DNA of 64,000 nucleotides. Origin: the human T2T-CHM13v2.0 reference genome, Homo sapiens. The stretch lies in NCBI RefSeq assembly GCF_009914755.1, contig NC_060942.1; one strand, written 5' to 3'. The notes beneath the pieces are model-generated. The model saw only the letters and a program-made list of their open reading frames with translations, searched no databases and was not told where the DNA came from. Made by a program: the position numbers and the translations under genes. Positions 12,757 through 21,859 of the stretch are shown here, piece after piece. The stretch's first letter is position 1. Each line of letters begins with the position of its first letter.

Positions 12757-13119
<363 letters not shown>

Positions 13120-15270
13120 GAGCACCTGGGCCTGAGGGGTGCCCAGGGAAAAGCCTGGGGCAGAGGTCCCTAGAGACAGTGGGACAGTAGGTTCTATAGC
13201 CCCCAGGAGCAGGATGCGGCAGGGGAGTCAGACCCACGGGGGCTCTGCTCAGATGGGGGGAGCTGAAGATGAGCCACAATGCAGGCTCCTTCCTGCCTGG
13301 GGCTGTCCCAGTCCCACACCCTGTCCCTCTATTTCCCCCATGGTAGAGACTGGCGCTGAGGGCTCCTCAGTGTGATGTGCTTGGGAGGGTGTTCTCCTCT
13401 CTGCCTTCCCTCTGCCCCTATCCTCTGCCAGCCTCTAAGCTCTATAGAAGGAGAACCACGTCCGGATTGTGCTCTTGGTCTTTCCAGCTATTCATCCATG
13501 CAGTGGCTTTATGCAAATTAGAAAAGGGTGCCCCTTCCTTTGGGCATACAGTTTGGTGCCCTCATGCAAAATATAACCTGCACGATTTGCATGGCAGCTG
13601 CCAGCACAGTGCCAGGAACATCATAAGCATCTGGCAGAGTATGATGAAAAGAATGAATGAACAATCTTTAATGTTTGCAAGAGCCACCCCTTCAAGGGTG
13701 TTTATGTGACAGTAAAGGCCACACTGTGTGTATCCAGCAAGAACCCAAGAGGGGAGATCAGAAAAGCTACCTGGGGCAGGGAAACAGAAAAAAGCATTTA
13801 TGAGACCCTTCTCTACTTCTCTGCCTAACGACCTCATTAGTAACTGCCAAAGAGTGAACATTTTGAAGGATCTCGCTCATTACAGCGGGTCCAAACTCCG
13901 CATTTAAAGATGGTAAATTAATTTTTTTAATGTACTACTTTTTTCCTTTCCTTCCCTCCATCCCTCCCTCCCTCTTGCTCTGGCAAGGAATTGTTTATGA
14001 GATGTGGCAGATTGTTACAAATAGGGGAAGAAACATTTCCAAATTCCATGAGGGAAATAGCTCACAGATGCCAGAGGGGGTTGGGAAGGAGCAGGTTTAT
14101 CAGGATCCAGAGATCCAGATGGGCTTGTGGGCAGGAAGGGGTGGGAAATGAAGCCACCCAGATGTGCTGGGGATGCCATCTCCCAGCCCATGAGCCTTAG
14201 ACTGGTGGGATCTCTTCCACCCCCAGCTTGCACAGCCCCACCCTGCCACCCTACCAGCTTGGGGTCATCATCCTTAAACAACACTCCAGATCATTAGAGC
14301 CTCATCACTTCACTCTCTAGACTCCTCTGGCCTCTTCTTGGTGGACTGAGGGATATATTATGGGGCAAGCTCTGGAATGGGGAATGGGATCAAGGAAAAC
14401 TCCAAGTTCAAAGTCAGGAAATTCTCCTCTATTTCCCTCTAGTACAGTGACCTTGCACTCTGCTGCTAGTGGGACTTTTATATACTACAAATGCCTGGTC
14501 TGCACTCTAGACAGGGAAATGAGAATGTCTGGGCTTATGTGGTTGTATAAAGCCCCACAGTGGATTCTGATGGGCACCCAGAGTGGGGAACAGGACCCAG
14601 CCCCTGCTGCCAATTCACCTTGGGCTGGCCTGCCTGCCGTGTGTGCCAATCTCCTTACCACCTCCACTCTTGCCAGGCAGGTCCCTCCAAAGGAGGGTGT
14701 TCCCTGTTCATCTTCACCTCTCCAATTCCTGCCCATCTGTTAATGCTCGATGGTAGTTTCCTCCTTGGGAAGGCTTTTTGGGGCTTCTTTAGCCTACAGA
14801 ACTGTCCATTCATTGGGATCTTTAGCATTTCAAGTCTGAGAACACTCACTCATGATCAAACTTAATTCTGCCATATTGTCTCATCATTCTGCAGACTTAG
14901 ATTGTGTTCCCAATGGACTCTGACCTCCCAGGCGATAGGTCCATGTCCTGCTCTACTTCTTGGGCCCCCCTTTCACAGCACAAACTGAGTACTTACTGAT
15001 ACTTACGGGGACTCTAACCTCATCCTCTGCCTCCAGGAAGCGGGGCGGCACTCCACATCGGGAGCACATTTCCCTTGTAGTTTACTAGAGGGCTTTGGGC
15101 CCAGCTTCCCTGCCCTGATAGCAGCCCATTCTCCAGACCAGGGAGAAGAGCTGCTTCAGGCCAACTGGACACTCTCACCCTGTGAGGACGGCTAAGTTTG
15201 AGGAAAAAAGGTAATCAGGAGCAGGCCTCTTGGATCTTTCCGTGTGCCAGACTATTTGAAAAATAGTCTA

Positions 15271-15324
15271 GGAGCTGTCCAAGGTGCTGGGCTGTCTGTG
15301 GTGCTGACCTGTCCATGGTGCTGA
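15271..15324 (-). promoter_or_regulatory. Triple tandem RE1/NRSE (REST binding sites)
   Basis: Minus strand reads TCAGCACCATGGACAGG, TCAGCACCACAGACAGC, CCAGCACCTTGGACAGCTCC versus consensus TTCAGCACCNCGGACAGCGCC; 17-bp period. Confidence 0.88.
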
Positions 15325-15833
15325 TCACGCTTTGCGTGCACCATGATCGCGCTTTTGTGTGCACCAAGGGATGGACTGGTCTGTACTAGACAGACTGCCA
15401 ATCGTTATACCTCCCTCCACTCCTTCCCAAAGAGTCTTTTCCTACTTAACACTAACCCTGATTGTTCTTCTAGTTTCTATCCCCTTACTTCTTGTAGGTT
15501 AAATTCACACTCAATTATTTTGCACTTACTGGCCTCTCTACATGGTTGTACAACTGCACCCAGTCTCCTTTCTTCCCTAAGGGAGCACCTGGAATGGGGA
15601 TCTGTCTCCCAGATCAGAATGACATATCCCCAAGGGCAGGATTTTGGTCTCATTTTTTCCATCACGGGCTCCCTGAAGGAAGATGGGAGGCTGGCCCTCT
15701 CTGATCACACTTGGGGTTTCATCAAGGAATGGACAGAGGGCAGGAGCCACATCTTGTTATAACAGCAAGGGCAGGGACAGCATGGATAAAGAATGTGCTG
15801 CATACGGAAATAAGTGCTGACAGATGTGCTTAC

Positions 15834-15983
15834 CTGGGTAGGGGTGGATGCCATTGGCGAACACAGCTTCCGCAGCAGGTTGCCCATTGGCCTGTGGGGG
15901 GAGGCCGGTGAAGCCATTCACCCCAATGGGGGATGGGATGCTAGGCACGGCTGGTGCAGTGATGCCCGGAGGGGTGCTGCCAC
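15834..15983 (-). CDS. CELF4: CELF4 exon 8 (150 nt), [50 protein letters not shown]
   Basis: Acceptor gaaccag|GT, donor CCAG|gtaagc; lies within ORF 15757..16056. Confidence 0.95.
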
Positions 15984-16270
15984 CTGGTTCCAGGCATACA
16001 GAAGGGTGGAGGAGGAGGGGAGGCAAGCAGAACAAAGGTGAGGAAGGCCCACCCATAAAGCTTCACTCAACTGTTTCCAAGGACCTGCGGATAGACTTGG
16101 ACCTCACATACCAGTTCAATCTTATCTATGACCCATGCCTTGGCTTATCTCCCTATATGAAGTGACTTCACCTATCCCAATTGTATCTATCCTTCAAGGC
16201 AGACTCCAAATTCCACCTGCCCAAATAAGATTTCTCTGACCCTGATGGCTTGTCCTTAGACAGCACATAG

Positions 16271-16621
<351 letters not shown>

Positions 16622-17262
16622 TTCCTTAAGTCTTTTTCAGTGCTCTTACTCTCTTCAGCTAAGGCTGGATGAGCTGGTCTTTACTTGGTCATTGGGGGGC
16701 TGATATGCCTCTCCAGGAGGAAGTTTTTCTGCTCAGATGGAGTAGGTCTTAATTCTGGCCTTCTCTCGTACTGAGGCAGAGAGGTTATTACAGAGCCCAG
16801 ACTCAGCTTTAGCTCATACACAAAGTAGACACCTTGGCCTCCTCCACTTGAAGCAATAATAGTGGTCATGATGGTGAGAATAAAGTTGGGGTCAAATGAC
16901 AATACCCTGTGTCCTCCCTATGCCAAGTGGGTGGAACCTGAGATGTGGATATTATGGTGATTGTACTGAAAACCCAGAGGCTGGAAAGGGCCTTCCTCTC
17001 ATGTAGGAAGCAGGGTCCCTCTGAGAATGTGGACCTGAGGCTGGCCACTGCCTGGGCTCATGTGTATCCCTTGAAGTTGGGGATCAGAGGTGAAGAGTAG
17101 TGTTCAAGTTGAGCCCAGAGATGGCACAGTCTTTTTGGCTTTCACCTGGGAAAGGAACAGCTCTTGGATGTTAGGAAAGTTGCTGCTGTGGCCTGGGCAC
17201 AGAGAGCCAAGGAAGCTCAGTGAATAAGAGCCTGGGATGCAGGACCAGCCCTTAGGACTAGA

Positions 17263-17483
17263 CTAGCGTTTCTCAACTTTGACACTATTACCATCTGGGG
17301 CCAGATAGTTCCTTGTGGTGGCTGTCCTGTGCACTGTAGGATCGTACAGCAATATCCCTGGCCTCTACCCACTAGATTTCAGTAGCAATCCCCACTCCCA
17401 GTTGTGACAATCAAAAATGTCTCCAGACATTGCCAGATGTCCTGGGGATTCGGGGGCATAACTGCAACAGCTGAGACTCACTG
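17263..17483 (+). mobile_element. MER20 (hAT-Charlie)
   Basis: Characteristic ctgtcctgtgcactgtagga...cctggcctctacccactagat...gttgtgacaatcaaaaatgtctccagacattgcca. Confidence 0.85.
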
Positions 17484-18081
17484 GACTGGACAATAGCCAA
17501 GATTCAATCAAAAACATGATTTGTGAGCTGGGTTCTTTCCAAACTCCTGTCCCTTGATAACTCTTGTGGTTCTCTCTAGCTTGTTGCATAGTTGTCTTAG
17601 AAAAAGCCAGTGAGTCTAGATTGGGTTAAAGGGAAATGAAAAAAAAAAAAAAAAAAAAAAGACGACACCCAAATGGGTTCCTTCTGTGCTTGGGCCAGGG
17701 GCTGAACAAGGCCACAGAATGGCCAAGGCTCTTCTCATCATAGACACCACAGGGAGATGTCTTCATGTCAATTTCTTTCCAGGTCTCTTGTTGGTAAACA
17801 TCAAGATACATTGTTTCCTGATAAGGTTAAACAGCTTGAGAGAAATCCACCCCACCCTGAAATCACACGGTAGACTGCATGGGTCCCATATCTCATCTTC
17901 CCTTGGATCCCCATGGATTAGAACATTTTTGAGACAAACTGCCAGAAGGCAAGTCCTCTCGGGCCCAGACACTATGTGCTTTTGCCACAGAATGGTCTGC
18001 TGGTAGCTGAAATTAGGTCCCAGCCTGGGGCCAGCTGTTCTCCCACCGGGCCAGACCGCGTGTTGGCACCTGCCAGCTCAC

Positions 18082-18229
18082 CTGAGGTTGGGGTCATAGG
18101 TGCGGCCGCCAGGCCATTCATGTTGAGGGCCGCCATCTGCTGCATCTGGGCGGCAGCGAAGGCAGCCATGGGGTTCAGGTAGCCGCCCTGCGCGACTGAT
18201 GCCATCAGGGCCGCTTGCTGCTGCATCAG
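18082..18229 (-). CDS. CELF4: CELF4 exon 7 (148 nt), [49 protein letters not shown]
   Basis: Acceptor ctctgccccag|CTG, donor TCAG|gtgagc; lies within ORF 17972..18259. Confidence 0.96.
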
Positions 18230-19376
18230 CTGGGGCAGAGGGAGTGGAAAAAATATCACGTGCTTCCAGGGGGCATCCCTCCCCGACAGGGGCCTCAGCT
18301 CCTGGAGACCAATCTCCCAGGCTCTGAGCCCCAGAAGCTCCCAACTACCACTCCAGAAAGCCCTGATGCCTCTCCCATTCTTGCCCTGTACCTCAACAGC
18401 TATTAGAGTCCACCACCCTGAGAGATGACTGTATTTAAAAGTAATGCTAGGGTCTTTGGAACTCCAAAGTTGTTGCTAGGGGCAGAGGAGGAGACTGGCT
18501 CTGTGGGTGCTAGTCAGCCCTGTGTACAGCCTGTCATTCGTGGGGAAGTGACATCCAAAGCACTAGAGACATGCTGGATGAGCCTCTGCAGAACTCACTT
18601 AGCACAGGTTTCTGTCCAGAATGGTTTTAATTTGGAGTCTGTTGGTAGAAGTGACAGGAGAATTATGAATAGAACCCCAGGCACCCCTAGTGTTGTCACA
18701 AAGGTGAGTGCGGACAGGGGAGGCTGCGGAATGTGGCCAAGGCGGACAGTACTGCAGAAGTGAGGTAAGCTTGCATTTTCAGACCCAGAACCGTGGCCTG
18801 CCTCAGTGCCACCCACATGGGAGCTGTGGTTACCAGTCTGCAGGCAGCTCCGGGAGAGGCTGACAGAGTGGGCCCCCATGTGGAAGAAAGAAGTAGGTGG
18901 GCCAGAGGCCTGAGGGGATATCAGAAGTGTGGGTGTGTAGGGCTTTAGGGCACCTCACAGGAGCCCTGCCAGGAGAGACCAGAAGGCCTGAAGTCACCGT
19001 TCCATGGAGTAGGGGTGGTTTGCAACCAATGACCTGAACCTCACCCTCTCATCTGTGCTTCCTGGGGTTCAACGTTGATCTGGCTGAGAGGAAAAGGCTC
19101 AGGGTAACCCACTTTTCTGTGGGGCCTCTCTCAGCTCTGCCCCTTAGAACTAAGACAGCAGCCCACCTCCTCCTGGCAGCCACCCCAACTGGGCCAGCCT
19201 TCTTTCAAACCCTTCTGAAGTTACACCCCCCGGGTTCATGGGTTCATTCCCGGCCCCTCCTCACTCTGGAGGGAGAGGGCAAGGGATAGAGTAGTATTTT
19301 CGGTTTCATGTCCCGCTCTCTGAGGCTCCCAGGGGAGTGAGCTTGAGAACCGCTGCCCGTGCGCGCTGCCACTTAC

Positions 19377-19520
19377 TGCCTGAGCGTAGGCGCCGTAGGC
19401 CCCGAAAGGGATGGCCATGGGGTTGAACATGCCCATCTGGCCAGCCATCTGCTGCATTCGCCGCATCGTGCGCTCCTTGTCGGTGTCGGCGAACTTGACC
19501 ACCAGACTGGACGAGGCTCC
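19377..19520 (-). CDS. CELF4: CELF4 exon 6 (144 nt), [48 protein letters not shown]
   Basis: Acceptor ccggccgcag|GGA, donor GCA|gtaagt; matches the start of ORF 19236..19502. Confidence 0.96.
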
Positions 19521-19870
19521 CTGCGGCCGGGGCGGCGCGTGAGACCCACCTGCTCCAGAGCCTCCGCCCGCAGCTGTCGGTGCCTCTGGCCTGCGCCCAC
19601 CCCGCCCGCTCCTCGGGGCGCTTTGGAGGAGGCGGCATCGGCGCTCGCCCAGGGGAATGAGGTGTGAACCCCACCGCGGGCATTTTCCACCTGGGTAACC
19701 TCAGGCCAGTTCCTTAACATCCCTGGGCTTCCGCGTCCTTGTCTGAGGCCCGGAATAAGGGTCATGCTTTCCTGTCTCTTGGGGAGACTGGACAGCCGGC
19801 GGGGCGTGGCGGGTGCTGGGGTCTCGGCCCGCCGCTGCCCTCGCCCCCGCCCCAAGGGGCCAGCACTCAC

Positions 19871-19950
19871 CGGCATGGTCTGGCTGCCGTGTAGCGCGTT
19901 GATGGCGGCCTGCGCCTCGGCGTGGGAGGAGTACTTCACAAAGGCGCACC
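19871..19950 (-). CDS. CELF4: CELF4 exon 5 (80 nt), RRM2 RNP1, [27 protein letters not shown]
   Basis: Acceptor gtcctcgcag|GG, donor CCG|gtgagt; in frame with exons 4 and 6. Confidence 0.96.
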
Positions 19951-20180
19951 CTGCGAGGACGCGAGAGGCCGAGCTGGGACCCAGAAGCAGGGCCAGGGAG
20001 GGGCCGGGAGGAGAGGGCGCATCCCAGGTGAACGCAGACGGGTGAGGCAGAGATTGAGAAAGAGACACCAAGAAGCCCAGAGACAGACGGCGATGGCCCC
20101 GGAGACTCAGAGGAGCCCTCTGGTCTCCCTCCGCCTCGCCCCTCCCTCCGGGGCATCCCTCCCGGCCCCGCCCCGCGCAC

Positions 20181-20309
20181 CCTTGCTGTTGCCGTCGGGC
20201 CCGCGCAGGATGGTGCACTCCTCGATGTTCCCAAAGGCCTCGAAAAGGCGGCGCACGTCGTCCTCGGACTGTTGCTTGTTGAGCATGCCCACGAAGAGTT
20301 TTCTATCTT
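20181..20309 (-). CDS. CELF4: CELF4 exon 4 (129 nt), RRM2 N-terminal half, (Q)[43 protein letters not shown]
   Basis: Acceptor ttttgttctag|AAG, donor AAGG|gtgcgc; contains RNP2 LFVGML; phase 1/1; alternative NAGNAG start at 20306. Confidence 0.96.
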
Positions 20310-20739
20310 CTAGAACAAAATTAGGAGATGCTTACCCGGGCCAGGGACCGGGCTGCGCGGGAGCAGGGCAAGGCCGGAGGGGGAGAGCGGCAGGGAAAGG
20401 GAGGAGCCGGGGAGGCGGGGCGGGGGCTCGGAGCCGGCGGGGGAGAGGTGCGGGGGAGGGGGACGGGGGCGGGGCTTAGTCGGAGCGGGAGGGGCGAGGG
20501 AGAGAAGTAGGTGGGGTAGGAGCGCACAGTCGCGGGACAGGTGCGGAGAGAGCTGTGGCAGGCAGGAGCTGGATCGCAGCGACTCGGCCTCCTCCCGCCT
20601 GCAGGGCAGGCTGCACCCTGAGGAGCAGAGACCCTGGGCTGACCCCTCACTAGAGCACACGGGCAGCCTGCGTTCCCCTCCTCCTTCGTCTCACATGCTA
20701 TCCTCTACAGGCTCCAAAATGAATCACAACTGGCGGGTC

Positions 20740-21066
20740 TGACTTCGGGCCTTTGCAGATGCTGTTCCCCTGCCTGGAGCGCACTTATCACAAGGTCCAG
20801 TCCTCTTCTTCTAGGTCTCAGTTTGAGTATTGCCTCCTCACCCATGCCCCTTCTTATCCCTCCCTTACTCTGTCTCAGGCCCCCATCCCTGTGGCCGGAA
20901 TGTCAAAGGACAATGACTACTTTGTGGGTTTCCGTATAGCTCTCCTTTCCCACCCATTCCCTGGGATGCTCACTGGGGAAAGAGACCAGGCCTCTCTGCT
21001 GAAGCAGCAGTGCCTGGAGCACAGGAGGCCCTCCATTTAGTGATGAGGTGAATAAAGAATGAATGA
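20740..21066 (+). mobile_element. L2 3' fragment
   Basis: gcctttgcagatgctgttccc...cagtgcctgg...gaatgaatga tail. Confidence 0.7.
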
Positions 21067-21379
21067 CTGCCTGTCCTGTGCCATCCCAGGGCACACCTCC
21101 TTGGTATGTCACATATTTTTTCTTCCATCTGGATGCGCCCTCCTCGGTCTGGCTCTTCCTATTTCTTCACGCTGCAAAATTCGACCCTGGACACTTTGGG
21201 GGCGTCTGTTCCTGAAGATGCCTCAGCAGCCCCCACACACCTGGGATGAGTATCAGGTGCTTTGTTGATCCCATGCTGTGTGCTCAGGGAGACAAAGCAT
21301 GCACGCATGGGGCTGTATCCACCTGCAGCAGCTGGTGAATGACTGCAGAAGGCAGCCCCAGCCCACATACTGCTACTTC

Positions 21380-21859
21380 AGTGTGACTGCCACTCCTCTC
21401 ACTGAGAGTCCGGGGGCGTATTCCTTCCCCTTGACTGCTCTAACAAATAAAGAATGGCAGAAGTGATGCCAGGTGACTTCTGAGGTTGGGTCATAAAAGA
21501 GATCAGCTTCCACTTGCCTCTGTTTTGTGGGGTGGGGGGTTGTTAGCTCTGTGGAAGCCAGCCACCATGCTGTGAACCCCCAATTAGCCCATGCAGAAGA
21601 GTCCCCATGGAAAGGAACTGAGGCCCCAGCTGACAGCCAACATCGACCACCAGACACGTGAATGAATGAGTCCTCGGATAATTCCAGCTCCCAGCCTTTG
21701 AATTTTCCAGCTGAGGCCCAGACATCCTGGAGCAGAGACAGGCCTTCCATGCTGTGCCCTGTGAATTCCTGACCCATGGAATCCATGAGCAAAATAAATG
21801 GTTGTTTTACACCACTCAGTTTCGGGCTAAATTGGTATGCAGCCATAGGAACTGGAACA
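21380..21859 (+). mobile_element. MLT1-family (ERVL-MaLR) solo LTR
   Basis: gaatggcagaagtgatg, gaagccagccaccatg, gaactgaggcc, AATAAA at about 21793, 3' end ...ggaaca. 5' boundary uncertain. Confidence 0.8.

Larger units (their letters stand above)
19340..20680. promoter_or_regulatory. Intragenic CpG island spanning exons 4-6
   Basis: Very GC- and CpG-dense in introns as well as exons; several GGGGCGGG GC boxes at about 20415-20490; boundaries estimated by eye. Confidence 0.85.

Noticed and set aside
15274-15324. CRISPR-like or mobile-element direct repeats
   Set aside because: No spacers and a eukaryotic context; better explained as RE1 sites. No CRISPR array, prokaryotic gene or foreign insert was seen anywhere in the window.
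17637-17660. Isolated poly-A run
   Set aside because: No upstream retrocopy body or clear TSD identified; treated as a simple repeat.
19922-20479. Plus-strand 185-aa ORF antisense to exons 4-5
   Set aside because: Expected shadow ORF in GC-rich coding and CpG-island sequence.
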